From contig CANQGB010000001.1 in NCBI GenBank assembly GCA_947600335.1, forward strand, positions 2,443 through 66,442: a stretch of 64,000 nt of DNA, written 5' to 3'. Positions within the stretch are counted from its first letter, which is position 1; each line of letters begins with the position of its first letter. The position numbers were made by a program, and so were the translations under genes. The stretch is from an uncultured Bacilli bacterium. GTDB lineage: Bacteria > Bacillota_I > Bacilli_A > RF39 > UBA660. Below, piece by piece: positions 20,071 to 30,573 of the stretch. Under the pieces are notes generated by a model, which was given only the letters and a program-made list of their open reading frames with translations, was not told the DNA's origin and searched no databases.

Positions 20071-20560
20071 AGAATACATCTATTTAGGTAAAATTGTTAA
20101 TACTCATGGGATCAAAGGCGAACTTCGTTTAATTAGTAACTTTGAAAAAAAAGCCTTAGTATTTAAACCCGATTTTCCTATCTATATAGGAAAAAATAAA
20201 ATTCCTGAAACCATAAATAGTTATCGCCATCATAAAAATTTTGACATGATTACCTTAAAAAACTACAACAACATTAATGATGTTTTAAAATATAAAAATG
20301 AATTAGTTTATTTCCAAAAAGCCGATTTAAATCTTTCTTCAGATGACTACCTACTCGAAGAATTAATCAATCTTTCTATCTACGAAGAACAAGAATTTCT
20401 TGGCAAAATAACTAATATCGTGTATACTAAAGGTCAAACCTTGCTCGAAATAACTTACACCCAAAAATATTACATTCCTTATGTTTCTGAATATATTAAA
20501 CAAGTTGATATGACCTCTCAAAAAGTAATGGTTGCTAATGTTAAAGGATTGATTTTATGA
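20051..20560 (+). CDS. rimM: 16S rRNA processing protein RimM
   Basis: GKIVNTHGIKGELRL N-terminus plus a PRC barrel. Sits upstream of trmD. Confidence 0.8.
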   Translation: MRPIMNKEYIYLGKIVNTHGIKGELRLISNFEKKALVFKPDFPIYIGKNKIPETINSYRHHKNFDMITLKNYNNINDVLKYKNELVYFQKADLNLSSDDYLLEELINLSIYEEQEFLGKITNIVYTKGQTLLEITYTQKYYIPYVSEYIKQVDMTSQKVMVANVKGLIL

Positions 20561-21219
20561 AAATAGATATTTTGACACTTTTTCCCCAAATGTTTACCGG
20601 CTTTTTAAACGAATCGATAATTAAAAGAGCTATTGCTCAAAAAATAGTTACGGTTAACTTAATTGATTTTCGTAAATTTTCGCATTTAAACAATAGTCAA
20701 GTTGATGATACTCCTTATGGTGGGGGTGGGGGAATGGTTTTAATGCCTGGACCTATTGTTGAAGCTATCGAAAGTGTAAAAACTAAAGATTCTCTCGTTA
20801 TCTTACTTACTCCTCAAGGAAAGACTTATACCCAAAAACAAGCTTTAGAATTAAAAAACTACAAGCATCTCATTTTAGTATGTGGCCATTATGAAGGCTT
20901 TGATGAACGAATTCGTCAGTTTGTCGACTTAGAAATCAGTATTGGCGATTATATCTTAACTGGCGGAGAAATTCCGGCCATGGTTCTAACAGATAGCATA
21001 ACTCGTTTACTAGATGGTACCATAAAAAAAGAATCTTATCAAAATGACTCTTTTACCGATAATTTATTAGACTATCCTACCTATACGAAACCCCAAAACT
21101 TTCGCGGATTAACTGTTCCCGATGTGCTCTTAAGTGGAGACCATGCCAAAATCAAAGCGTGGCGCCAAGCCAAACAATTAGAAAATACCCAAGCTAAACG
21201 AAAAGATTTATTAAAATAA
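20557..21219 (+). CDS. trmD: tRNA (guanine37-N1)-methyltransferase
   Basis: MKIDILTLFPQMF start, then DDTPYGGGGGMVL and GHYEGFDERI motifs. Confidence 0.9.
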   Translation: MKIDILTLFPQMFTGFLNESIIKRAIAQKIVTVNLIDFRKFSHLNNSQVDDTPYGGGGGMVLMPGPIVEAIESVKTKDSLVILLTPQGKTYTQKQALELKNYKHLILVCGHYEGFDERIRQFVDLEISIGDYILTGGEIPAMVLTDSITRLLDGTIKKESYQNDSFTDNLLDYPTYTKPQNFRGLTVPDVLLSGDHAKIKAWRQAKQLENTQAKRKDLLK

Positions 21220-21220
21220 G

Positions 21221-21658
21221 GTGAATAATATGGCTATATATATAATGAAAAGACAAACCATAAAACTAAAAGTCAACAAACTAAAACCCACTCCAGTTTA
21301 CACATTAAAACCTAATATTAAAAATGCCCAAATGGTTAAAATTAAAAGTTTAAACATTGCGAGTCCTAAATGTGCCGATATCTTAATTGCTAAAAAATTA
21401 GACAAAGATTTTCGCAAAATTATGGCTATTTATTTACAAGCTATCGATAGTGATGATAGTGGTAATATTGCCATTGCCTTAAATGAAATTACGCGCTTAA
21501 AAGAAATCATCATGCTAAAATATCAAGAAAACATGAGTAAAGAATTACTATCTAAGTATTTAAAAAGATTAGCTTTATTTGAAAAAAATCTCCAAGAAAA
21601 ACAAAGAATGTTAACCTATGCCGAAGAAATATTGTGGAATAAACCGAAAAGTCGTTAA
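21221..21658 (+). CDS. hypothetical protein between trmD and rplS
   Basis: Intact ORF of 145 aa. No recognisable motif. Confidence 0.35.
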   Translation: MNNMAIYIMKRQTIKLKVNKLKPTPVYTLKPNIKNAQMVKIKSLNIASPKCADILIAKKLDKDFRKIMAIYLQAIDSDDSGNIAIALNEITRLKEIIMLKYQENMSKELLSKYLKRLALFEKNLQEKQRMLTYAEEILWNKPKSR

Positions 21659-21665
21659 AAAAACT

Positions 21666-21694
21666 TGTCAAGTCTCATAAATTTTGTTATAATC
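21666..21694 (+). promoter_or_regulatory. sigma-A type promoter upstream of rplS (TTGTCA, 17 nt spacer, TGtTATAAT)
   Basis: Near-consensus -35 hexamer and an extended -10. Confidence 0.5.
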
Positions 21695-21785
21695 AATTTG
21701 CTTTTTATTAAGCATGTAATCCGCTAAAAAATCATATTTTATGATTGCAGAAGATATTATTTTAATATAGAAAGGAACAAAAATT

Positions 21786-22127
21786 ATGGCTAATTTAATC
21801 GAAAAAGTCAATAAAAAGCATTTAAAACCCAATGTTCCTGAATTCCGTGTCGGTGATACAGTTCGTGTAGATGTTTGGGTTAGTGAAGGAAAAAAAGAAA
21901 GAATACAAGCATTTGAAGGTATTGTTGTAGCTAAAAAAGGCTCTGGTGTATCTAAAACTTTCTCTGTTCGTAAGAAAAGTGGTAGTGTTGGTGTAACTAG
22001 AGTATTCTTAGAAAATGCTCCAACAATTGATAAAATTACAGTTGTTAAAAAAGGTCTTGTTCGTCGAGCTAAACTTAACTTCATTAGTAAAATGCGTAAA
22101 GAATACAAAGTTAAAGAAAGAAATTAA
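21786..22127 (+). CDS. rplS: 50S ribosomal protein L19
   Basis: NVPEFRVGDTVRVDVWVSEGKKERIQAFEGIVVAKKG is the L19 signature. Confidence 0.9.
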   Translation: MANLIEKVNKKHLKPNVPEFRVGDTVRVDVWVSEGKKERIQAFEGIVVAKKGSGVSKTFSVRKKSGSVGVTRVFLENAPTIDKITVVKKGLVRRAKLNFISKMRKEYKVKERN

Positions 22128-22208
22128 GAGTTTTGGCTCTTATTTTTTTTTAGAGTTTTATAATTTCTTGTAATAGTGTATAATCATATAGAGAGAGGTT
22201 GTTTTAAA

Positions 22209-22700
22209 ATGAAAGAAAAAATATTAAAAAATTTAAAAGAACTTTTACCTTATATTATTATTTTAATTGTTGTTATTTTAGTTAGAACTTTTTTAATAAC
22301 TCCTATTAAAGTTAATGGTAGTTCGATGTATGATACTTTAGATGGTACTGAATTTATGATTTTAAATAAACTAGGTAAAATTGACCGTTATGATATAGTT
22401 GTAGCTAAAGCTAATGGAGAAGAATTAATTAAACGCGTATACGGTTTGCCAGGTGAAACTATTGCCATTGAAAATAATAAAATTTATATTAATGATAAAG
22501 TAATTGCCGATGAATTTGCTTATGGTAATACGAGTGACCAAGAAGCTATTACTTTAGCTAGTGATGAATACTTTGTTTTGGGGGACAATCGTGTTGTATC
22601 TTTAGATAGTCGCAGTATTGGTCCAATTAAAGCCCAAAACATTGAAGGAACAACAGACTTTATTATTTTCCCATTTAAAAAGTTTGGTAAAGTAAAATAA
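22209..22700 (+). CDS. lepB: signal peptidase I
   Basis: GSSMYDTL (catalytic Ser box), KRVYGLPGE, GDNRVVSLDSRSIGPI. Confidence 0.85.
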   Translation: MKEKILKNLKELLPYIIILIVVILVRTFLITPIKVNGSSMYDTLDGTEFMILNKLGKIDRYDIVVAKANGEELIKRVYGLPGETIAIENNKIYINDKVIADEFAYGNTSDQEAITLASDEYFVLGDNRVVSLDSRSIGPIKAQNIEGTTDFIIFPFKKFGKVK

Positions 22701-22754
22701 AACTTAACGATGCATCGTTGATCACAACTAATTTTACTAAATTGTCTCTCATTT

Positions 22755-22786
22755 AAAAAGTTAACGATGTGTCGTTAACTTTTTTA
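22755..22786. terminator. bidirectional terminator between lepB and the 143-aa gene
   Basis: AAAAAG-TTAACGATGTGTCGTTAAC-TTTTTT: a perfect palindrome flanked by A and T runs. Confidence 0.6.
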
Positions 22787-22808
22787 TAAATATCTAAAGT
22801 TAGTTTCT

Positions 22809-23240
22809 TTATTCTTCATCATCATGATGAGTATCATCTACTACTTTTTGAGCTCTAGCGCTGGTTATCTGAAATGGTAAAGTATTTAAGATTAATTCTG
22901 GTTCTTGATCGCTTGGTTCATTATCTAAAACTAAATCAGTAATTTTAAAAGTAGTTGATTTAGATTCTTGTAAAGCTTTAAAAGTAAAACCAATTTTTTT
23001 AGAACCTTGACCACCATTAATTTTACCTTCATAGATAATTTCACCAGGAGTAGAATTATCTACTTTGTTGGTTTTAAGTAAGCTAACAACTGAACCTTCA
23101 AGATACTCAAATATTTCCTCATTAAAGCTTAACTTAAATGAGGCACTACTAATTGGCTTATCAAGTACAAGTGATACTTGATTAGTTTCTAACACTCTTA
23201 TTAATGAAAATTGACTTGTTAATTTGGCATTTACATTCAT
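22809..23240 (-). CDS. hypothetical 143-aa protein, copy 1 of a duplicated paralog (acidic DDTHHDDEE tail)
   Basis: Intact ORF. A second copy with about 92% identity lies at 43332-43763. No family recognised. Confidence 0.5.
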   Translation of the reverse strand: MNVNAKLTSQFSLIRVLETNQVSLVLDKPISSASFKLSFNEEIFEYLEGSVVSLLKTNKVDNSTPGEIIYEGKINGGQGSKKIGFTFKALQESKSTTFKITDLVLDNEPSDQEPELILNTLPFQITSARAQKVVDDTHHDDEE

Positions 23241-23476
23241 AATATTCCATATCCTTTCTAATATAATTTTATTATAATAATCAGCTTAATTAAAAATTTT
23301 TAATTAAAGTTAACATTATAGTTGACAAAATATACTTGAGAAACCCCTAAAAATAAGGAAAAAAAGAGTAAATAATGCCCTAAATAATGTAAAAAGTGCA
23401 AAAAATGTAAAAAAATTTCAAAATATTCAAAATATCTGTTATAATATAGAAGAAATATTTAAGAAACGAAAGGAGG
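22810..23476. repeat. direct repeat copy 1 (about 670 bp: 143-aa gene plus divergent promoter region)
   Basis: Roughly 95% identical to 43331-43999. Confidence 0.85.
23417..23445 (+). promoter_or_regulatory. promoter in repeat copy 1 driving the glycan gene cluster (TTCAAA, 17 nt spacer, TGtTATAAT)
   Basis: Extended -10 with TG. Followed by a leader and then the GT2 gene at 23712. Confidence 0.45.
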
Positions 23477-23711
23477 ATAGTAATCATTGGTTTTTAATAA
23501 TTAACGATATAGGATATAAAAAGATTATAAAAAACTAAAAATGTAAATAATTACAATTTTTAAAACTGATATAAGTATTAAAAAAAATATTTTAAACTAT
23601 TTTCTGAAACCATGGAACAGCAAAATAAAAAGTAATAGAAAGGGTACAAAAGAAACCAGGAGATTATATGCTAAGTATTCCACATATAATTTTTTTTTAA
23701 GAAGGTGAAAT

Positions 23712-24566
23712 ATGAAAGTTGATATTATATGTCCATTATATAATGCTGAAAAGTATCTTAAAAAATTGCACGAATCATTTTTGAATCAAAAAAAGGTGAA
23801 TTTACATAAAATTAAATATATATTGACTGAAAGCAATGATTTTACATTAGACATATTAAAAAAATTAAAAAGCAATAAATGTGAATTTGTCTTAATAAAA
23901 AAAGAAGACTTTTCACACAGTTTAGTAAGAGAAAATGCTGCTTTTGAAAGCAAAGCGGATATAATTGTTTTTGTAACGCAAGATATTGAAATAAAAAACG
24001 ATAATTGGTTAGAAAATCTTGTAAAACCAATTGAGAAAGACAAAGTAGCTGCGACATATAGTAGACAACTAACAAAATATAATAATATTGAAAAATATAC
24101 TAGAGAAGCAAATTATCCAGAAAAGTCTTTAATAAAATCTAAAATAGACATTGATAAACTAGGATTAAAAACTTTCTTTTCATCCGATGCTTCTGCTGCA
24201 ATAAAAAGAGATATTTTTGTAGAACTTAATGGATACGATCATAAAGATTTGCCTATTAGTGAAGATATGTATTTTACCTATAAGCTTATTATGAGCGGCC
24301 ATAAAATAAAGTATTGTGCTGATTCAGTAATATATCATTCACATAATTTTACCTTAAGTGAAATTTATAATCGTTATAAATTAACAGGAGAATTTTTTAA
24401 AGAAAATAGTTACTTAGATAAATATGGAACTGATAGCTCAGGATTTACTCTAGCTAAATATGTTTTTAAAAGAATTATTCAAGAACATAGATTTACTCTT
24501 TTAATTAGATTCCCTTTTGATATGGGTGCTAGGTTAATTGGCATGAAAGTTGGGAAGTGGTTTTAA
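23712..24566 (+). CDS. glycosyltransferase family 2
   Basis: N-terminal DIICPLYNAEKYL, an internal DxD-type acidic region (SEDM), GT-A fold features. Confidence 0.65.
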   Translation: MKVDIICPLYNAEKYLKKLHESFLNQKKVNLHKIKYILTESNDFTLDILKKLKSNKCEFVLIKKEDFSHSLVRENAAFESKADIIVFVTQDIEIKNDNWLENLVKPIEKDKVAATYSRQLTKYNNIEKYTREANYPEKSLIKSKIDIDKLGLKTFFSSDASAAIKRDIFVELNGYDHKDLPISEDMYFTYKLIMSGHKIKYCADSVIYHSHNFTLSEIYNRYKLTGEFFKENSYLDKYGTDSSGFTLAKYVFKRIIQEHRFTLLIRFPFDMGARLIGMKVGKWF

Positions 24567-25799
24567 ATGATCGATTCAAATAAAAATGAACTAAAAAATA
24601 TTATCATTATTAATGATTTTGACTATGTACAAGGTGGAGCCAGTAAAGTTGCGATAGATACAGCAAATTCACTGGCTGAAAAAAATTATAATGTAATATT
24701 TTTTTGTGGAATATCAAGTTCCTTATCTCAACTAAATACAAAGGTAAAAAAAATATGTACCAATCAATACGAAGCTTTAAAAGATAAAAATCGAGTTCGA
24801 GGATTAATAAATGGGCTTTATAATTTTAAATCAGAAAAAATATTTAATAATTTATTAAAAGAATATGACAATAAAAATACTATTATCCATATCCATGGTT
24901 GGTCAAAATGTTTGTCTAGTAGTGTTATAAATGCTGGCTTTAAAAAAAAGTTTAAAATTGTATTGACTATGCATGATTACTTTACGGCATGTCCTAATGG
25001 TGGTTTTTTTAATTATCCAAAAAATGAAATTTGTAAATTGAAAGCATTATCTAGTAAGTGTATGATGTGTAATTGTGATTCAAGGAATTATTTATATAAA
25101 ATCTATAGGATAATAAGACAATTAATACAAAAAAATATTGTAAAATTAAACAAAAAAATAGAAAACGTTATATCAATATCTGATTTTAGTGAAAAAATAC
25201 TTAAGCCTTATCTTCCAAAAGATAAAGTAAATATTTATAGAGTATATAATCCAATTGAAATTATGAATGTTAAAAATGATATTAGTAAAAATCAATATTA
25301 CTTATTTGTTGGACGATTATCTCCTGAAAAAGGTGTGGAAACTTTTTGCAATGCAATTAGCAAAAGCAAGAAAAAAGGGATAGTTGTTGGAGATGGACCT
25401 GAAATGAAAAGATTGTCTTTAAAATATCCTGAAATAGATTTTGTTGGATGGAAAAATAAGCATGAGGTCGCTGATTATATGATTAAAGCAAAAGCATTAA
25501 TTTTCCCAAGTTTATGGTATGAAACAGTTGGCCTTACTTTACTTGAAGCCAATATGGTAGGCGTTCCTGGCATAGTAAGGAAAAATATTGCCACATCTGA
25601 ATTTGTACAAGATAATGTAAATGGCTTTTTATTTTCCAATGATGAAGATTTAATTAAAATATTGAAAAAATACGACACTATGTCTAAAGATACACTGTTA
25701 AATATGTCTAGATTAGCTAAATCAAATGCTAAAAATTATACTTATCAAAAATATATATATGATTTAGAAAAATGTTATAAAAATATAATTAATTCATAA
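24567..25799 (+). CDS. glycosyltransferase family 4 (GT-B)
   Basis: C-terminal EANMVGVPGIV...EFVQDNVNGFLF matches the GT4 E-x7-E motif region. Confidence 0.7.
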   Translation: MIDSNKNELKNIIIINDFDYVQGGASKVAIDTANSLAEKNYNVIFFCGISSSLSQLNTKVKKICTNQYEALKDKNRVRGLINGLYNFKSEKIFNNLLKEYDNKNTIIHIHGWSKCLSSSVINAGFKKKFKIVLTMHDYFTACPNGGFFNYPKNEICKLKALSSKCMMCNCDSRNYLYKIYRIIRQLIQKNIVKLNKKIENVISISDFSEKILKPYLPKDKVNIYRVYNPIEIMNVKNDISKNQYYLFVGRLSPEKGVETFCNAISKSKKKGIVVGDGPEMKRLSLKYPEIDFVGWKNKHEVADYMIKAKALIFPSLWYETVGLTLLEANMVGVPGIVRKNIATSEFVQDNVNGFLFSNDEDLIKILKKYDTMSKDTLLNMSRLAKSNAKNYTYQKYIYDLEKCYKNIINS

Positions 25800-25842
25800 T
25801 GTTGAAAATAAATTAAATTTTTATTTAAAGGAGGTAAAATTT

Positions 25843-27225
25843 ATGCTTTATCCATTTGCCTATATTTTATTTATCATTATTTTATATTTAATTTTAACTA
25901 GTAAAGATTTTGATTCATTATTTAAAAGATTTCTTTTATTAGAATGTTTCTTTAGTTGCTCAAGAATGAATATAGGATATTTAACTCATGTATTTAATTC
26001 TGAAATAGAGTACAATGATTTAATATTGGGCATAGTTTTTTGTCTATCAATAATACAAATATTTAGAAAGAGAAAGGTAAATAAAAAGGTTTTTAAATAT
26101 TCAATTATTTTAATAAGTGTTGTGTTAATTAGTATGTTAAATTGTTATTTGAATCCAGCGGCTATAGAAGTTGTAGGTTTTAATAGTAGTTTAGATAAAT
26201 ACTTTCGTGGTGACTTGTCACAATTAACTATGGTTCATTTTTCCATACAAAGCATAATGATGTTTGCAAGACTTATTATATTTATAACAATAATTAATGC
26301 TACAAAAGTATCTTTTTCAAAAGAAGAAATTTTAAATTTTTGTCAAAAGTTGTTGAAATATTTAAAAATTTTAATATTATATGGTTTATTTGAATTTATA
26401 ATAAAATTTATTTTTCATATTGATATCAGTACATATATATATGGTATTTTTGGACATGGTGTTTCTAGTCCCAATATAGTTAGTCGATTGTCGGGGTTAT
26501 CTAGAGAGCCAAGCTATTACTCATTAGCATTATTTATTTATCTATTTCTATCATTTTTATACAATCAATACTATAACAAAAATTTTAAAGTTAATGCTTG
26601 GATGATTTTAGCATTGTTTTTAGGATTTGTTTCAACCTCTTTTTCATTTGTTATTTGCTTTGTTTCTTTGACTTTATTATATATTAATAATTATCGTGAT
26701 TTTATGTTAACAGTTAAAAAAAAGAAACAACTGTTTAATATAATTTTTGGAATTTTATTAATTTCAGGGATTTTTATAATAGTAAATCAAAAATTCCTTG
26801 ATTTTGCTTTAGCTAGTAACTATACATCAATAAATAGGTTAGGTAATTCAATTATCCAAATAAAAAATGGCTTTAAAGGACTCTATATTTTAGGAAAAGA
26901 TTACTCTTCAGAAACTGTTAGGCTGATAGGGGCAATAATTGCTTTTAAAGCTGGTCTTCACCGCCCACTATTTGGTCTTGGCCTCGGCACCGTATATTGT
27001 GTAAATGGTGTTGTGTCAATAATATCTAATATTGGAATTTTAGGATTTATATGTTGGCTATTGCTTTTATTCAAAGGTTATACAAATAATATTAATTTTG
27101 TAGGAATTATTATAATATTACTAACTGTGCTTTTCTGTAACGATTTATATACGCTTTACGATGTGAGTTATGTAATTTTATTACCATTATATTCATTATA
27201 TTATGAAAATAGGAGGTTTAATTAA
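25843..27225 (+). CDS. O-antigen polymerase/ligase-like (Wzy family) membrane protein
   Basis: Ten or more transmembrane helices with a large periplasmic-type loop, 460 aa, located inside a glycan cluster. Confidence 0.55.
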   Translation: MLYPFAYILFIIILYLILTSKDFDSLFKRFLLLECFFSCSRMNIGYLTHVFNSEIEYNDLILGIVFCLSIIQIFRKRKVNKKVFKYSIILISVVLISMLNCYLNPAAIEVVGFNSSLDKYFRGDLSQLTMVHFSIQSIMMFARLIIFITIINATKVSFSKEEILNFCQKLLKYLKILILYGLFEFIIKFIFHIDISTYIYGIFGHGVSSPNIVSRLSGLSREPSYYSLALFIYLFLSFLYNQYYNKNFKVNAWMILALFLGFVSTSFSFVICFVSLTLLYINNYRDFMLTVKKKKQLFNIIFGILLISGIFIIVNQKFLDFALASNYTSINRLGNSIIQIKNGFKGLYILGKDYSSETVRLIGAIIAFKAGLHRPLFGLGLGTVYCVNGVVSIISNIGILGFICWLLLLFKGYTNNINFVGIIIILLTVLFCNDLYTLYDVSYVILLPLYSLYYENRRFN

Positions 27226-28356
27226 ATGAAAAAATGTATTGTATTTATTTCCATGAATACTAAAAAAGAGGGGGCAGAGAAATCTTTAATTTCTTTACAA
27301 AAATATTTAATTAATAGCAAGAATATTAAAACAATTACAATAATTCCAGAAAATGGTAAAATTGAAGAATTATTGAAAGAAAATAATATAGAATATATGA
27401 TCTGTAATTTTAGAAACTGCATAAATCTTAATAAAGGAAAACAATATATTAAAGGAAATCTAAAAAAAATATATAATCAAATTCAGGCAAAAAAATTAGC
27501 CAAAAAACTAAAAAAATATAATATTCAGATTGTTCATACTAATACATTAACCACTGATTTTGGCTATTATTTAGCAAAAGAATTAAATGCAAAACATATT
27601 TGGCATATCCGAGAATTAGCCAAAAAACAATTTAATTTTGATTTTGAATTAGGTAATGATTATATAATAAAATGCGTAAATCAGTCGTCAAAAATAATTT
27701 GTAACTCAGAATCAGTAAAAGAATATTATTCTAATTATTTTGATAAATCCAAAATTATTTGTGTTTATAATGGCGTAAGCACTGCAGAAAGCGGAAAAGA
27801 AGATTGGAATAATCCAAAATTTAAAATGGTTTTAGCAGGCCGCTTAAGTAGTGAAAAATGTCAAATGCTTGCAATAAAAGCATGTAAGATCTTAAAAGAA
27901 TCTAATTATAATAATTTTATATTAGATTTATACGGTGATGGAATTGATAAAGATATTTTAGAAAAAAATATAATTGATTTAAACTTAGAAAAATATATTA
28001 AATTAAAAGGCTTTTCCGATAATGTACCTTTTAAAAATTATCATTTAGGTTTAATGTGTAGTAGTAATGAAGCTTTTGGAAGAGTAACAGTAGAGTATAT
28101 GATGAATTCGCTTCCAGTTATAGGTGCTAATTCATTTGGAACAAAGGAGATTATTAAGGATAACATATCTGGCTATCTATTTAATGTTGATGATGCTAAA
28201 GATTTAGCAGATAAAATTATGATATTTTACAATAATCGAAAATTATGTCAAAAAATGGGAAAAGAAGGTAGAAAAATAGCATTGAGAAATTTTTCAGAAA
28301 ATAGCTATTGTGAAAATATTTATAAAATATATCAAAAAATTTTTTTGGAGGAATAG
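27226..28356 (+). CDS. glycosyltransferase family 4
   Basis: GT-B architecture. C-terminal EAFGRVTVEYMMNSLPVIGANSFGTKEII..GYLF. Confidence 0.7.
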   Translation: MKKCIVFISMNTKKEGAEKSLISLQKYLINSKNIKTITIIPENGKIEELLKENNIEYMICNFRNCINLNKGKQYIKGNLKKIYNQIQAKKLAKKLKKYNIQIVHTNTLTTDFGYYLAKELNAKHIWHIRELAKKQFNFDFELGNDYIIKCVNQSSKIICNSESVKEYYSNYFDKSKIICVYNGVSTAESGKEDWNNPKFKMVLAGRLSSEKCQMLAIKACKILKESNYNNFILDLYGDGIDKDILEKNIIDLNLEKYIKLKGFSDNVPFKNYHLGLMCSSNEAFGRVTVEYMMNSLPVIGANSFGTKEIIKDNISGYLFNVDDAKDLADKIMIFYNNRKLCQKMGKEGRKIALRNFSENSYCENIYKIYQKIFLEE

Positions 28357-28362
28357 ATAGAA

Positions 28363-29292
28363 ATGAATAAAATTAGTATAGTTATCACAACATTTAATGA
28401 TGAAAAAAATATTATCAATGTATTAAAAAATATATATGTTGACCAAAGTTATAAAGTTGATGAAATAGTAATTTGCGATGGTGGCTCAAAAGATAAGACA
28501 GTAAATGTTATTAAAAATTATTCAAAAGAAAATAAAATTAATATTAAATTAATATCTGATGGTAAGCGAAGAAATATTTCAGAAGGCCTAAATCAAGCTA
28601 TTAAAATGGCTACTAATTATTGGATTTTAATTATTGGAACAGGTAATAGTTATCAAAATGATTTTATCGAAAAAATAATAAATGCTCAGTCAAAACATAA
28701 AGTAGATCTAGTTTATGGGCCAATTTTAGGTATTGACAAAACTTTTTTTGGAAAAATTTTTAACCAATATTTTTTAAATGGTAATAAATCAATTGATATG
28801 GGGGCAAGTAATCATGGGGTGCTAATTAATAAAAAAATATTTGAAAAATATGGATATTTTTATGAAAAATTTATATATGCAGGAGAAGATACAGAATTTT
28901 ATATAAGGTTAAAAAATAATTTTGTAAAAGCTTATTATGAAAAAGAGGCTATTCTTTATTGGGATACACCTCAAACTGTAAATGAATATTTAAAAAAAAT
29001 GAGGGTTAATTCAATAGCTGATTGGCAAATATTTAAGCGTCGGAAAGTATGGATAAAAATCATCACCCCAATCATTCTTTTAATATTATACTCAATATTA
29101 GTTTTATTAAATCCGTGTTTTACATTATTAATCTTACCATTAATTGCATGTATTGCTGTAAAGAAGAGAACATTTAATATTTTAGCTATACTATTAGGAA
29201 TTATTACTAAGTATGTTATGGTGTATTATTATTTAAAAAATATAAAATATTCTAATTCAAAATATCATATTCAAAAAAATTATGAATTATAA
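28363..29292 (+). CDS. glycosyltransferase family 2 with C-terminal transmembrane anchor
   Basis: N-terminal ISIVITTFNDE..ICDGGSKD (GT-A DxD region) plus C-terminal transmembrane helices. Confidence 0.65.
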   Translation: MNKISIVITTFNDEKNIINVLKNIYVDQSYKVDEIVICDGGSKDKTVNVIKNYSKENKINIKLISDGKRRNISEGLNQAIKMATNYWILIIGTGNSYQNDFIEKIINAQSKHKVDLVYGPILGIDKTFFGKIFNQYFLNGNKSIDMGASNHGVLINKKIFEKYGYFYEKFIYAGEDTEFYIRLKNNFVKAYYEKEAILYWDTPQTVNEYLKKMRVNSIADWQIFKRRKVWIKIITPIILLILYSILVLLNPCFTLLILPLIACIAVKKRTFNILAILLGIITKYVMVYYYLKNIKYSNSKYHIQKNYEL

Positions 29293-29311
29293 ATAAGAGG
29301 AGTGGTAGTTT

Positions 29312-30526
29312 ATGAAATATTTGATATTAGGTGCTGGACCAGCAGGATTAACAGTCGCAAATAAATTAAAAGAATTAGGCGAAGAAGATTTTTTAGTTTT
29401 AGAAAAGGAAAATGAAGCTGGGGGATTATGTCGCTCCGTAATGGTAGATGGATCACCATTTGATATTGGTGGCGGCCATTTTTTAGATGTTAGGCGTGCA
29501 AATGTTAATAAATTTTTATTTAATTTTATGCCTGAAAATGAATGGAATTTATATGAACGAAATAGTCAAATTAAAGTAAATAATAATATAATAAATCATC
29601 CAATAGAAGCAAATATTTGGCAAATGAAAATTGAAGATCAAGTTGAATATCTAAAATCTATTGCAATAGCTGGATGTAATGTTGGGCAGCCGATGCCTAC
29701 AAAATTTACAGATTGGATATATTGGAAATTGGGAGCAAAAATAGCTGATGATTATATGATACCTTATAATCAAAAAATGTTTAGCAAAGAACTTGATGAA
29801 CTTGGTACATACTGGTTAGAAAAATTACCAAATGTTAGTTTTGAAGAAACACTATTGTCTTGTTTAGAAAAAAAAGCTTATGGTAAGCAACCAGGACACG
29901 CACAATTCTATTATCCTAAAAAATATGGCTATGGAGAATTATGGCTAAGAATGGCAAAAAATATAAACAATAAAATATTGTATGAAAAAGATGTCAATGA
30001 AATAAATTTTGATACATTAACTGTTATAACAAGCGATGGTGAAGAATATCAAGCCGAAAATATTATTACGACAATACCATGGATGGAATTTTCAAAAATC
30101 TATGGAATGCCTAAAGAAATAAAAGAATCAATAAGCAAATTAAAATATAGTTCTATTCAAACAGAATACTTTAATAATAGTTTAGATACTGATGCACATT
30201 GGATATATTATCCTGATCCTCAATTGCCTTATCATCGAATTTTAGTAAGGAGCAACTTTTGCACTAATAGTCGAGGATATTGGACAGAAACAAATTCTGA
30301 GCGAATAAATACAGAAATTCCAAATTCAAATTTTAAATATCTAAACAAATATGCTTATCCTTTAAATACAATAGACAAACCTGAAATAATGAAACGGTTA
30401 TTAGAATGGTGTAAAAATAAAAATGTTTATGGCTTAGGAAGATGGGGAGAGCACCAACATTATAATTCTGATGTTACAGTAGATTTAGCCCTTCAATTAA
30501 CTGATGATTTAATCAATAAAAATTAA
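29312..30526 (+). CDS. FAD/NAD(P)-binding oxidoreductase, UDP-galactopyranose mutase-like
   Basis: N-terminal ILGAGPAGL..LEKENEAGGLCRS dinucleotide-binding motif. Size and context suit a Glf-like enzyme. Confidence 0.45.
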   Translation: MKYLILGAGPAGLTVANKLKELGEEDFLVLEKENEAGGLCRSVMVDGSPFDIGGGHFLDVRRANVNKFLFNFMPENEWNLYERNSQIKVNNNIINHPIEANIWQMKIEDQVEYLKSIAIAGCNVGQPMPTKFTDWIYWKLGAKIADDYMIPYNQKMFSKELDELGTYWLEKLPNVSFEETLLSCLEKKAYGKQPGHAQFYYPKKYGYGELWLRMAKNINNKILYEKDVNEINFDTLTVITSDGEEYQAENIITTIPWMEFSKIYGMPKEIKESISKLKYSSIQTEYFNNSLDTDAHWIYYPDPQLPYHRILVRSNFCTNSRGYWTETNSERINTEIPNSNFKYLNKYAYPLNTIDKPEIMKRLLEWCKNKNVYGLGRWGEHQHYNSDVTVDLALQLTDDLINKN

Positions 30527-30573
30527 ATAAAATTATTTTTAAACAATCAAAAAAGGAAGGAATTAAAAACATC

